Positions 49,931-62,127 are shown, counted from the first letter of the whole stretch. The stretch: DNA of 63,931 nucleotides, filler included, from Octopus bimaculoides (GCF_001194135.2; 5 parts of 5 records of this genome joined end to end with filler, not necessarily neighbours in it); one strand, 5' to 3'. Translations and numbers: made by a program. The notes: generated by a model not told the origin, from the letters alone.

Positions 49931-50244
49931 ACTAAAGGATCCTCTTCAAAATATTCAACATAAATTCCAGATAAAAATATTTTTGTGTAATACTTGCCTG
50001 AGTTGTCAAATTTTACTGTGAAAATTAAATCAATAAAATCTTTGTAAATGTTTAAGATTTACAGCTTAGAGCTTTCGTGATTTGCCTCTCTGACTGTCAC
50101 ATACATCATACAAGATTGGCCCTCAAGTAAGTTTGACAGGAAGAAAAAAATTATTTAAAAAAAAGAATCTCTTTTATTGATTTAATCTCTCTAGGTTGTA
50201 ACAGATTTATCACTATTTCCTTCTTTTTCAGACTGACATCATCC

Positions 50245-50472
50245 ATGTCTGAGGGGAAAGATATGTTTCCCCGATCAACAATCCAAGAAGCCAACCGGCA
50301 CTTGCAGGCACTCTACCACAGAGTTGACGAACTGGAAAGCATCATAAATGAGCAACAGTTGAAGCAGTTGGCTGCCGATGAAGCCTTTAAAGAAAAAATA
50401 AATGAAATCAATCGCAACCATGAAGCTGAAGGGAAGGTGTTGGACATGAGATTAAGAGATTTAGAAAAAGAT
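50245..50472 (+). CDS. VMAC: VMAC-like (vimentin-type intermediate filament-associated coiled-coil) protein, first coding exon; exon starts at 50232
   Basis: Acceptor ttccttctttttcag| at 50231, ATG at 50245, donor GAT|GTCAGT after 50472. Peptide STIQEANRHLQALYHRVDELE resembles the human VMAC N-terminus (IREANAHLAAVHRRAAELE), followed by coiled-coil heptads. Confidence 0.8.
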
Positions 50473-50599
50473 GTCAGTATAAATTTATTTTATTGTTATA
50501 ATCATTGTAATCTTGACTACTAGAGCCATTAGCATCATCATAACAGCTGTTTTTTTTAATACTATAACAATAAGCAAAATCATAATAGTTGTTGTTTCT

Positions 50600-50765
50600 A
50601 TCACATACAGCCATGTCTGCAAGGTTAAGAAGCTTGCTCTCCAACCATGTGGTCTTTGGTTCAGTCCTACTGTCCAGCACCTTGGGTGTCTTGTTCTATA
50701 GTTCTACTTTAGCTCCAGGCCAAGCAAAACTTTCTGAGTAGATTTGGTAGATAGAAACTGCAAAA
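50600..50765 (+). mobile_element. SINE family B 5' part
   Basis: GGTTAAGAAGCTTGCTCTCCAACC..CACCTTGGGTGTCTT..GATTTGGTAGATAGAAACTG. Confidence 0.78.
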
Positions 50766-50769
50766 TGAC

Positions 50770-50930
50770 TTCATATCATCATCGTCATTATCATTTAATA
50801 TCTGTCTTCCATGATGATGTGAGTTGGATAGTTTGGCAGGAGCTGATGAGTCCAGAGGATTGCACCAAGCTCTACTGTCTGTTTTAGCATGGAATCTATA
50901 GCTGGATGTCCTTTCCAACCCCATATACAT

Positions 50931-50983
<53 letters not shown>

Positions 50984-51290
50984 TATCATCATTTAACATA
51001 TGGTTCAACATGAACTGGCAAACCTGTGGACTGTGCTAAGCTTCACATGTTTGTGTGCACCTTTATCCTGACATCACATGATGGTTGTAAACTGCATCAT
51101 CATCATCATAAAAGCAATGTTATTAATTTCCCATCTTCTCTGAAAAACACGTCTAGCCATGGGGAAATATTACCTTGTTTGAAAAGAGCTGAATATTAGC
51201 AACAGGAAGAGCATCTGACCATAGAAAAATCTGCCTCAACAAATTCCATTTGACCTATACAAGCATGGAAAAGTGGACATTAAATGATGA
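50770..51290. mobile_element. Family C fragments (minus about 50770-50925, plus about 51070-51290)
   Basis: CTATAGCTGGATGTCCTTTCC; GGAAGAGCATCTGACCATAGAAAA..AGCATGGAAAAGTGGACATTAAATGATGATG. Confidence 0.7.
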
Positions 51291-51299
51291 TGGTGATAA

Positions 51300-52225
51300 C
51301 CTTTAGTGTCATCGAGCGAGATCGTTGCCAGTGCTCCTGGACTGGCTCTTGTGCGGGTGGCACATAAAATACACCATTTTGAGCGTGGCCGTTGCCAGTA
51401 CCGCCTGATTGGCCTTCGTGCGGGTGACACGTAAAAGCACCCACTACACTCTCTGAGTGGTTGGCGTTAGGAAGGGCATCCAGCTGTAGAAACTCTGCCA
51501 AATCAGATTGGAGGCTGATGTTGCCATCCGATTTCACCAGTCCTCAGTCAAATCATCCAACCCATGCTAGCATGGAAGGTGGACGTTAAACGATGATGAT
51601 GATGATAATATCTGTTATTTCTATTTCTATACTTGCATAAAAAAGTGCTGATCACATAAAGTGGAGTGAAGTTGTTGGAGACGGAGACGCAGGAAAACAT
51701 GGGATAAAGTATTGAAGGCTGATCTCAAAACTCTAAGCCTTACGAAAGACGACAGGGGACAGAGATATGTGGTGCATTGCTGTATTCAAAGAGACCTGCC
51801 CACTACAACAGAATTGGTATCCTAAAATCAAGGGGCCTCATAAAAAGCATTGGGATTAGTACTGGTGCCACACAAAAAGCACTGGTGCTGGTGTCACATA
51901 AAGAGCACTAGTGCTGGTGTCACTTAAAAAGCACTAATGATCATCATCATCATCATTTAATGTCTGCTTTCCATGCTAGCATGGGTTGGACAATTTGACT
52001 GAGGACTGGCGAACCAGATGGCTGCACCAGGCTCCAATCTGATCTGGCAGAGTTTCTACAGCTGGATGCCCTTCCTAATTCCAACCACTCCAAGAGTGTA
52101 GTGGGTGCTTTTATGTGCCAGCGGCACGAGGGCCAGTCAGGCGATACTGGCAACAGCCACGCTCAAATGGTGTTTTTTACGTGCCACCTGTACAGGAGCC
52201 AGTCCAGCGGCACTGGCAACGACCT
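51300..52225. mobile_element. Inverted pair of long RTE-tail repeats (plus about 51300-51605, minus about 51940-52225)
   Basis: About 290-bp reverse-complement arms including GAGTGGTTGG..TAGGAAGGGCATCCAGCTGTAGAAACTCTGCCA, each ending in (GAT)n. Confidence 0.9.
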
Positions 52226-52420
52226 GTGCTGGTGTCACTTAAAAAGCAGTGGTGATGGTACCACATAAAAAAAGCACTGGTGATGGCACCACTTAAAAAG
52301 CGCCCAGTACATTCTGTAAAGTGGTTGGTGTTAGGAAGGGCATCCGGCTGTAGAAACCAAGCAAAAACAGACTATGGCTCCTGTCAAGCCATCCAACCCA
52401 TGCCAGCATAGAAAACAGAA
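52225..52420 (+). mobile_element. RTE-tail repeat preceded by about 25-bp GTGCTGGTGTCACTTAAAAAGCA tandem units (same units at 51860-51935)
   Basis: Tandem units followed by GTGGTTGGTGTTAGGAAGGGCATCCGGCTGTAGAAAC. Confidence 0.8.
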
Positions 52421-53127
52421 GCTAGCATCATCATTAGCATCATCATTAGTAGCTGTTGCCTCAGCTACCATACTCATTAGCATTGTTATTGTAACTGTTA
52501 TTTCTATTGTCATAGCATTAGAATAATCGTCATGATTGTTATCTCTTACTATTGTATGTAGCCTTTAGCATCTTTAAAAGAGCTTTTACCTCTATTACCA
52601 TAGCTATCAGCATTATCATCATCATTATTCTATTATCATCATGATCACCATACTTACAATCATCCATTATCATCATCATCATCATTGCCATTACCTATCA
52701 CTGTCATTTTTTTTTTTTATTACTGTCATTATTTTCGCTATCACCACCATTGTATTTCCCTGTCTCGGTTATCATAATCACCACCACCATCGCTGTCATC
52801 ATTACTACCTTTACTGCTACAATCACTCCTACCGCCACTAGTACTTCACCATGAAGATCATCGTATAAACTATTGAGAGAGCCTCTACATGATAACTCTA
52901 AATGCTAGATATAGCAGCCAGATGCCTTTCAAGTTGCTTCTACTGCTTGAATTAAGAAAAGGGTACTTTAGATAATGAAGTCCTGCACATACCTACGAAG
53001 TAAAGGTGTTCTAAAATGCCTCTGATCATAAGTCTACTTGATCAGGGCTGACCTACATCTAAATAATAACAGTATTATCATATATTTTGTGTAAAATTAT
53101 TTACGCACGCACACACATACACACATA

Positions 53128-53139
<12 letters not shown>

Positions 53140-53177
<38 letters not shown>

Positions 53178-53955
53178 AATTATTGTGTATAGTGCTTGGG
53201 TGCACTACAATTCATCAAAGGTGCATGTACAGTACATTGAATTATGTACAAAAGTCAGGAAAAGTGAACAGTGTACGAGCCATGATATACATGTGTGTGT
53301 GCATGTGTATAGAGTGGGGATATCAGGTGTAGTGTTGGCGAATTTCAGGAAGCATGGAGGTTTTAAACGGTGCGATGTCTTGGCAGCTAACAACTGATGC
53401 AGGTAGTTTGTTCCAAACTTCAGCAACTTTGAGTGTGAAAAAAATGTTTCCTAAACTAATGGGGGCTGTGCTGTTTTCTGACTTTGAAGGCATGCCCACA
53501 TGTGTTAGACACATGGAGTTCAAAAATGTGCTCACGGTGATTGTTGGTACAATGGTTAATAATTTTGTGGGTGTTTACTAAGTCAGTTGCCAGACATTGG
53601 AGCTTCAGTGTATCCATGCCCAGGGAAGCAAGGCGTTCAGAGTATGGTAGATGCCCGATGGAGGGTATTCACTTGGTTGCACGTCTCTGAACAGTTTCTA
53701 GGAGGTCAGTATCCTGAGCAAGATAGGGGTTCCAAGCTGGTGATGCAAATTCCAAGTGTGGCCACACCACAGCCATATACAGCCTTAAATGATAGCTGGA
53801 GAGCAGCTGACAAAGGCCTTGCTGAGTGATGCCAAGACACCCTCAGCCTTCTTGACAATTTTAGAGATGTGCTTTGTCCAGTGCAAATCGCTGCTGACAG
53901 TAATGCCCAGGTCGTGTTCACAAGAAGACTTCTTAATATTAGTTTTGTGGAGAGA
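53140..53955 (-). mobile_element. CR1-clade LINE, 5'-truncated 3' fragment with (ATT)n tail
   Basis: HDLGITVSSDLHWTKHI, PHLEFASP and FFTLKVAEVWNKLPASVV, then a 3' UTR and an ATT-repeat tail. Confidence 0.92.
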
Positions 53956-53995
<40 letters not shown>

Positions 53996-54095
53996 NNNNN
54001 NNNNNNNNNNNNNNNNNNNNNNNNNNNNNNNNNNNNNNNTTAATTAATTAANNNNNNNNNNNNNNNNNNNNNNNNNNNNNNNNNNNNNNNNNNNN
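53996..54095. other. Artificial contig-joining spacer
   Basis: 44 N + TTAATTAATTAA (54040-54051) + 44 N. Confidence 0.95.
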
Positions 54096-54313
54096 TACAC
54101 GAGAACATTACTGTGTGATACACGATCCCTATTGATCGGCCTTTCCATTTTTTTTTTCAGATCCCTTTTGATCGAACTCCCCCTTTTTCCCTTCCTACGA
54201 TCCCTTTTGATCGACACCACCACTTTTTTTTTTCCTTCCCCCTCCCAAAAAGAAAAGCTCTACATTGTATTTGTCCCATCTTCGTTGAGCCCTGTGTGGC
54301 TAATAAAAGAAAT
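54096..54313 (+). mobile_element. Probable 3' UTR of an L1/Tx1-like element with three CGATC-N6-GATCG hairpins
   Basis: Pyrimidine-rich UTR ending GAGCCCTGTGTGGCTAATAAAAGAAAT and then a microsatellite; hairpins at 54123, 54160 and 54198. Confidence 0.5.
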
Positions 54314-54334
54314 GTATGTATGTAAGTATGTATG

Positions 54335-54396
<62 letters not shown>

Positions 54397-54540
54397 CCTG
54401 TCTGTATATATTACTAGAGTACATATTAATTTTTACAAGGAAAAAGTTTCGATGTTTCGACTTGACACTCTAATCAAGGAGAGCAAACCGAAATTTCGAA
54501 GTCACCGTCAGCCTTTTCTTTTTAATACTTATATATCGAA

Positions 54541-54755
54541 AGGCGGCGGGCAGGCAGAATCGTTAGTACACCAGCGAAATGCTTAGCACTGTTTCGTCCG
54601 ACTTTACGTTTTGAGTTCAAATTCCGCCGAGGTTAACTTTGACTTAAATCTTTCCGGGATCGATAAAATAAGTACCAGTTGGACACTGGAGTCGATCTAA
54701 CCGACTTAGCCTCTTCGCCGAAATTGCTAGCCTTGTGCCAAAATTTGAAACCAAT
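54541..54755 (+). mobile_element. SINE family A copy, CpG-rich
   Basis: GGCGGCGGGCAGGCAGAATCGTTAG...GGATCGATAAAATAAGTACCAG. Confidence 0.88.
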
Positions 54756-54892
54756 ATTTATATATCCACTCTTATGGACTATAGGAACATACACACATGC
54801 ATGTGTGTGAGTGTGTTTGTATCTATGTTTATATATGTGTGTGCATATTTATACATTTGTACGTATATGCACGTGATGTATGTGTGTGTGTT

Positions 54893-54930
<38 letters not shown>

Positions 54931-55015
54931 CATATACACACATCACACACACATATCCGCATGCATATACATACATATATACATACATACATACATACAT
55001 ACATACATAAATACA

Positions 55016-55049
<34 letters not shown>

Positions 55050-55689
55050 TAGATAGATAGATAGATATACACGCGCACATATATATATTACTCTTTTTGA
55101 AATCTGGAAATTCATAGCGGAACCCCCTGGATATTACGTGACGCTACTGTTTATGTTTGTTTACTTAAATATTCGAAAAGTTGCATTATAGTATTATTCC
55201 AAAGTATGTTTAAATGTTTGGGGAATGGTTAGCATATATATATATAAATAAACACATTTGAAATAAAACACCGTTACAAAACTCAATGAATAAACAAAAT
55301 ATACACTTAAAACAATATGCGTAGATATAATGAACAAACTGACTCACATGCACATGTGTGTTTATGTGTGAGTGTGGATTTGTGTGTGTATGTCTGTATG
55401 TGTGTACTTGTGTGTGTGTGTGTGTGTGTATTTTTGTGTAATCGTTGTGTGCATGTTGGGCAAATTGTTTTCCGATTAAAAATATAATAGATTTGTTTTT
55501 TCGTGAATGTTTTCATACAAAAGAAATCCTACACCAAGTGTAAATATAAATATTTACAATTGAAATATATATATTTATACATACATACATATGGATATGT
55601 AGATACATTTTCATGTGTTTGTGTGAATGTACGTGTGTGTGCCTGTGTATAAATGCATGTATATATATGTGCGTGTAATAATAATAATA

Positions 55690-56110
55690 GTCCTTTCTAC
55701 AGTAGGCACAGGGACAGGAATTTTGGAGGAGGTGGCTAGTTGATTACATCGATCCTGTGCTCAACTGGCACTTATTTTATCGACCCTGAAAGAATGAAGA
55801 CCAAAGTTGACCTCGGCGGAATTCGAACTCAGAACGTAAAGACGGACGGAATGCTGCTAAGCATTTTCCCGGCGTGCTAAGAATTCTGCCAGCTCGCAGC
55901 ATGAATAATGATAATGATAATGATTTCAAAGTTTGGCACAAGGCCAGCAGTTTGTAAGGGAGAGAGTTAGTCGATTACATGGGTCCCACTGCTCCACTGA
56001 TACGCATTTTATTGACCTCGATATGACTGAAAAGCAAAGCTGAGCTTGACAGAATTTGAAACTCAGAACGTAAGGACGGACAAAATACCGCAAAGCATTT
56101 TGTACGGTTG
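55690..56110 (-). mobile_element. Two tandem SINE family A copies
   Basis: TTTTATCGACCCTGAAAGAATGAA..GAACTCAGAACGTAAA twice. Confidence 0.82.
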
Positions 56111-57159
56111 GCGAATATAATAAAAACAATAATGATAATAATTTACGAAGATTGACGTAACTCTTCGCGAAGGTAAATACACAATGTGTAGAGCGCGATA
56201 TGATTTATAATAGAGATTGACTATTTTATGAATTGGACAATCTTTCGAGAGTGTGTTTGCCTTCCTCGGGTTCAATATGTAGAAATAAAAAGAAAAAAAA
56301 TGAAAATGCACCGAAATTAAGAAGTTCAAAATTTGAACTGGAATATCTTGCGTTTCGCGTTTTTTTTTTATGATAAGTAACAAAGAATATGGAGAAAAAA
56401 AAAACAAGAAAGAAGGACAATAAAGAAAACAAGAAAGAGAACACATTGTCAAAAAATTTGTGCAAGTGTGATGGAGTTCTGTCATTACCCCTCTTAACTC
56501 TCTTGCGGCAGTTTTCGGAATCAAATTTTCATACCTAATTTTAGCTGTCAAAGTAAAATTAATGACCGAATTCCTTTAGTGATTAATTGGCACCAAAGTC
56601 AATTTGATTTATGTTAGCTGCACAACGGAATAAATAAATGACAGATTCAATGGGCAGAGGTACGACGTCAGGTGCAATATCAGTTCGACGGAACTTGCCG
56701 AACATTTTATATCAAATGCCTGTAAATTTGAAGAACGCCTGAAAGTACACATTCTCAGAACATTCTCACAATATTCTCTCCTTTGTTTCTTTCTTCTTCT
56801 TCCTTGTTACCAGTTATGAAAAAACGAAAATTGATAACGTACGTGGAGCTACACTCACTTTTCTTTTCAGATAGAACAAATGTCTTCTCGGTGCCCATCT
56901 ATACATGGAAGAAGCACAAGTCGAACAATAATCCTGGGCTTTTATTTTGGAATATCTTATTCTTAAACTGACTCTTTTTAATTCCTGGACATTTTTGACA
57001 GTAACCTTGAGAACTTAGTCACTTACTTTTAATTTACTACCTACCCTTCTGATAAATGATGATACTGGTTTTACCAAAGTCACGTGTGCCGAAAACAGAT
57101 TGATAAAATCGGCTGAAATGAGTTTAAAGTACTGCATTGCTTACATTATTATTACATAT

Positions 57160-57247
57160 TAATACAGACATACATGCACATACACAGATTCACACACATG
57201 CGTACAAACACACACACGCAGGCACACACATACAAACATCTATATCC

Positions 57248-57286
<39 letters not shown>

Positions 57287-57605
57287 TATATGTGTATATG
57301 TAAATATGTAAATATGTGTATTTATATATTTACATAAATGTGTGTATTTATATGTGTATTTATATATTTACATAAATGTATACACATATATGTTTATGTA
57401 CACACACACACACACATATACATATATACATACATACACACACATATATATTTATATATATATACATACACATATATGTGGATATATAGATATATCTACT
57501 TATATAAGTGCACATATTTATATATGCATATACAGACACAAGCATATATACTTACATACATGCATACATACATACATACATACATACATACATACATACA
57601 TACAG
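57160..57605. repeat. Long degenerate (AT)/(AC)/(CATA) low-complexity block
   Basis: Directly visible. Confidence 0.9.
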
Positions 57606-57639
57606 AGGAGTGAGAGAGATGTGTATGTACATGTATGTG

Positions 57640-57963
57640 GCCAAGATTCAATCGCCTGAGAAGGCCTTTATGGATGACTTGCCCCTCTTCTTTGTAGTTC
57701 AACAGATCATGGCGAATGTCCTTTCAATGCAAGATGAAATGATAACGTGGTCAAGGATGCGGTTGAAAGCAGAAAAGTCACAAAGTCTGACATTTGTTAA
57801 GGGTTTACTGAAGGGAGTAAAATAGGAGGCGGCGGGTATATACTAACAGTGAAGGAGAAATCTGTTAAGTGCTTGCAGCAAGAATACTCTGAAACCTTAT
57901 CAGATTGTGAGCAGAGGATGGAGATTATGAAGGATACTGACGATGGATTAAAGGCTATTAATA
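57640..57963 (+). mobile_element. HERO/NeSL-type RT fragment (catalytic FMDD through thumb), frameshifted
   Basis: KAFMDDL...WSRMRLKAEKSQSLTFVKG...TVKEKSVKCL, matching the recalled pattern AFMDDL...WARMSFKPAKSRSLVLKKG...TITEKPVKSLG. Confidence 0.75.
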
Positions 57964-57964
57964 C

Positions 57965-58071
57965 TCTTCTTCTTCTTCTTCTTCTTCTTCTTCTTCTTCT
58001 TCTTCTTCTTCTTCTTCTTCTTCTTCTTCTTCTTCTTCTTCTTCTTCTTCTTCTTCTTCTTCTTCTTCTTC
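57965..58071. repeat. (CTT)n microsatellite at the piece end
   Basis: Directly visible. Confidence 0.97.
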
Positions 58072-58171
58072 NNNNNNNNNNNNNNNNNNNNNNNNNNNNN
58101 NNNNNNNNNNNNNNNTTAATTAATTAANNNNNNNNNNNNNNNNNNNNNNNNNNNNNNNNNNNNNNNNNNNN
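58072..58171. other. Artificial contig-joining spacer
   Basis: 44 N + TTAATTAATTAA (58116-58127) + 44 N. Confidence 0.95.
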
Positions 58172-58815
58172 AATCCTAACAGTATGGGTGTTGGGGGTGT
58201 GGGCCTGTAGCCTGAGAAGGGAAGAAGCAGTGTCGTGAACCGGAAAAGAAAACTTGCAATTGGAAGAATTCATAAGCAAAACAGTACCTACAACCTGCAA
58301 ACATTACTCAAACTTTATGCGCTACCCAAAGGTAGGGGAGAGGATGGTCAAGGCCACTAGATGGGTTCCGGGAGACAGCCGAGGATGACAGAGGAATGAA
58401 CTTCCGGTGGAGGGAGTGGGAGGGCGGGTGTACCATCAGCCAGGAGATAGGCCTCTTAATCGTAGATTTTAAATATTTGAGAGACAACAATGCATAAATC
58501 GTAATTTTTAAAAGAGCAGTGAAACCTAGGTGAATAGAATATATAAGTAGCATGAATTTAGGAAGCTTAGAAAATGAATAAGTATGAATTTAAGACAAAA
58601 ACTGAATTCAATTGAATTTCATGGAGAGAAACAAGATAAATAATAGAGTGCAGACTAAAGCGCAAAAGGTATGAGATGTTGAGGCCGTAAATAAATAAAA
58701 ATCTCTATCTTATCTGCATCTTGGAGACTTCGTCGTAGTATGTCAGCGGAGAAGAGATTGAGATAATTTAGAATGGATTTCTCATTTATATATACCCAGA
58801 ACCTGAAAACTTTAA

Positions 58816-58861
<46 letters not shown>

Positions 58862-59581
58862 NNNNNNNNNNNNNNNNNNNNNNNNNNNNNNNNNNNNNNN
58901 NNNNNNNNNNNNNNNNNNNNNNNNNNNNNNNNNNNNNNNNNNNNNNNNNNNNNNNNNNNNNNNNNNNNNNNNNNNNNNNNNNNNNNNNNNNNNNNNNNNN
59001 NNNNNNNNNNNNNNNNNNNNNNNNNNNNNNNNNNNNNNNNNNNNNNNNNNNNNNNNNNNNNNNNNNNNNNNNNNNNNNNNNNNNNNNNNNNNNNNNNNNN
59101 NNNNNNNNNNNNNNNNNNNNNNNNNNNNNNNNNNNNNNNNNNNNNNNNNNNNNNNNNNNNNNNNNNNNNNNNNNNNNNNNNNNNNNNNNNNNNNNNNNNN
59201 NNNNNNNNNNNNNNNNNNNNNNNNNNNNNNNNNNNNNNNNNNNNNNNNNNNNNNNNNNNNNNNNNNNNNNNNNNNNNNNNNNNNNNNNNNNNNNNNNNNN
59301 NNNNNNNNNNNNNNNNNNNNNNNNNNNNNNNNNNNNNNNNNNNNNNNNNNNNNNNNNNNNNNNNNNNNNNNNNNNNNNNNNNNNNNNNNNNNNNNNNNNN
59401 NNNNNNNNNNNNNNNNNNNNNNNNNNNNNNNNNNNNNNNNNNNNNNNNNNNNNNNNNNNNNNNNNNNNNNNNNNNNNNNNNNNNNNNNNNNNNNNNNNNN
59501 NNNNNNNNNNNNNNNNNNNNNNNNNNNNNNNNNNNNNNNNNNNNNNNNNNNNNNNNNNNNNNNNNNNNNNNNNNNNNNNNN

Positions 59582-59624
<43 letters not shown>

Positions 59625-59626
<2 letters not shown>

Positions 59627-59790
59627 AAAGGCAGGTTGCATGATGCCTGTGTGTGAACAGCCATGCTCCATGGCAATGAAACATGGGCTGTGACTGCAGA
59701 GGACATGAGAAGGCTTAATAGAAACGATGCTAGTAGGCTTTGCTAATGGACAGATGTGAGTGTACATCAGAGTTATTAAGTGTAGTGATA
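59625..59790 (+). mobile_element. RTE LINE fragment
   Basis: KGRLHDACV..AMLHGNETWAVTAEDMRRL; homologous to about 49350-49460. Confidence 0.85.
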
Positions 59791-60324
59791 AGATGTGAAG
59801 GGTCACCATATGTAAATAGTCAAAGGCAAAATGAAGCAGCATAATAACAACATCGGAAAGAAAAGAATAATATTCACAAATTTATTTGCTGGCTGTGGTT
59901 AGTAAAATATACATAGTAGTAATTGACAATAGTAATAATGTGTTGGTAGTGTGCAAGCCGTGTGTTCTGCTGACAGGGAGAAAGAAAGGGTAGGGATTAT
60001 GTTGTCCTTTTCTAATTGGCTGATGTTATTGTTTCTGATTAACAGCTGACACAAATAGAGATGTATGCTCTCTATTAGCCGGTTGAACCAAAAAGAGCAA
60101 GAGAGAGATGATCTTAGTTATTTAGGGTATGGCCAGGAAGTAGTTCAAACCTAAAACAATGGACCGACCCTTCAGTGACCAACAAACGTTCTAGGAGGTC
60201 AGATGTTTCTCATTAATCTCCCAGCATGGAGATAAACCACAATGGGATCAGACAGTCATTTGACAAGCAGCAAGTGTGTAGATATGGTTTCGAATCTCAG
60301 TTAGGCAGGGCTAAGCGATCTCCT

Positions 60325-60430
60325 ACACTAGTATGCTTCACTGGATGTGCAATGTCATGTACAACAGAGTGTAAGTGTCTTGAGAGAGAAATTGGGCATA
60401 AGAGGCATCAGGTGTGGAGTGCAAGAGAGA
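60325..60430 (+). mobile_element. RTE LINE fragment
   Basis: AGTATGCTTCACTGGATGTGCAATGTCA...; homologous to about 49430-49540. Confidence 0.8.
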
Positions 60431-60570
60431 TTCAAATTCAGTCGAGGTCGGCTTTTTCTTTTCATCCTTTCGGGGTTGATAAATTAAGTACCAGTTGTGT
60501 ACTGGGGTCAATCTAATCGACTGGTCCCGTCACCAAACATTTTGGACCTTGTGCCTAGAGTAGAAAAAAA
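60430..60570 (+). mobile_element. SINE family A 3' half
   Basis: TTTCATCCTTTCGGGGTTGATAAATTAAGTACCAG..CTTGTGCCTAGAGTAGAAA. Confidence 0.82.
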
Positions 60571-61239
60571 ATATATATATACAAGGTTATAGTTTTAACT
60601 TTCAGTATCTCTTTACTCAGGGTTTCATGTCCCTGTTCTTGGACAAAGTTAGGGCTACTTGATGGACAGAAACCTCTTGAATCAGCATGGTTCATCTTTT
60701 GTTGATTTCCAGTTTGTGTTACCTGTAGAACGGTAGTTCAAACACTTCTAGTTGATCAATTCTTTACATTCAGTCTGGTTGATATTCATATGATAGCACT
60801 AATACTCATTACTACATGTAGAATAGAACTTAAATCTATTTGTCTCTTGTTGTGATGATGACCAAATATTTCTAATCATTGCAGAGACTGCTATAATTTA
60901 TGCAAGGCATGAAATTTTTGTTGAAATGCAGTTCAGATCAAGCGTTGTTAAAGTGGTCACTATTCTTATATAGCTTGGTAATGGTATGATATTTCTTTTG
61001 TTTGTGTGTTCAAAGACATAATTATGGCTTCATTTATTACTGTCCCAATTACCAATTCTGCCATCCATACGCTATGTACAGGGTAGGGGTGGTATTTATT
61101 ACTAATATAGTATTAGTGCTTATGTTATAAGCCTCAAGTCAATTGTCTTCTATTATCATCATCATCATCATGCTACATTCAAAATGTGACCACTCATATG
61201 GTCATTATACTTCAATCACTCTTTATACTCTATGGTCAT

Positions 61240-61612
61240 TATACTTCAATCACTCCGAAGAAGCCGTACTGAATAAAGGTCTCAACTTTGCGACAACCAT
61301 CAAGCGCATTCCATACTTGGACATAATAGCCCCTATTGAAGAGATAGCGGTAAAGATACCGAAAGCTCAGGGAGATGAACTAAGGTGGAAGGTGAGACAG
61401 GTACTGGAGAAAGCGAAACTTCCCAAACCAAACATCACTAAGGAAGAAAAGTTCGCTATCAAAAGGCTACAAGGAGACAATTCCATCATAGTTCTCCCAG
61501 CGGACAAGGGAAATGCTACAGTGGTGATGAACAAGTCTGACTACTCCGAAAAATTGGCAAGTCTTATAAGTGATGGTAGCTACAGTAGAGTAAAGAAAGA
61601 CCCAACTCTGAA
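61240..61612 (+). mobile_element. Penelope-like element RT N-terminal fragment, uninterrupted until the piece end
   Basis: EEAVLNKGLNF...KPNITKEEKFAIKRLQGDNSIIVLPADKGNATVVMNKSDYSEK...YSRVKKDPT, with the diagnostic ADKG motif. Confidence 0.93.
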
Positions 61613-61712
61613 NNNNNNNNNNNNNNNNNNNNNNNNNNNNNNNNNNNNNNNNNNNNTTAATTAATTAANNNNNNNNNNNNNNNNNNNNNNNNNNNNNNNN
61701 NNNNNNNNNNNN
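61613..61712. other. Artificial contig-joining spacer
   Basis: 44 N + TTAATTAATTAA (61657-61668) + 44 N. Confidence 0.95.
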
Positions 61713-61839
61713 CATACAAAAAGACATATTAGCGAGACTTGACAACAAACAAATGAAAGTGAATGAATGCTGGGAAGAAAGTAAAAATGAAAGAAATTGA
61801 AAGAATCATGAAAGAAAATTAGGTAGAGAGAGAAAGGAT

Positions 61840-61937
61840 GAATGAAAGGAAGACAGACAGACAGGAAGAAAGAAAGAAAGAAAGAAAGAAGGAAGGAAAG
61901 AAAGAATGGAAGAAAGTAAGAAAGGAAGAAAGAATGA

Positions 61938-61969
<32 letters not shown>

Positions 61970-62061
61970 AACAAACAAACAAACAAATTGAGAATCATCG
62001 ATCGAAAGAGAAAAAGAAACAATGAAATCTAGAAACATAGGGATAATAAATATAATGGGGT

Positions 62062-62127
<66 letters not shown>
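61840..62127. repeat. (GAAA)/(CAAA) and (GATA)n microsatellites
   Basis: Directly visible. Confidence 0.93.

Noticed and set aside
56862-56971. Strong acceptor ttttcttttcAG followed by a short open frame
   Set aside because: No donor, no homology, frames close within about 35 codons.
58655-59842. Longest ORF-track entries (284-395 aa) and similar X-rich ORFs at 9.2, 17.2, 22.0, 39.4 and 44.6 kb
   Set aside because: They consist of N gaps plus (AT)n repeats translated as YIYI; artefacts.
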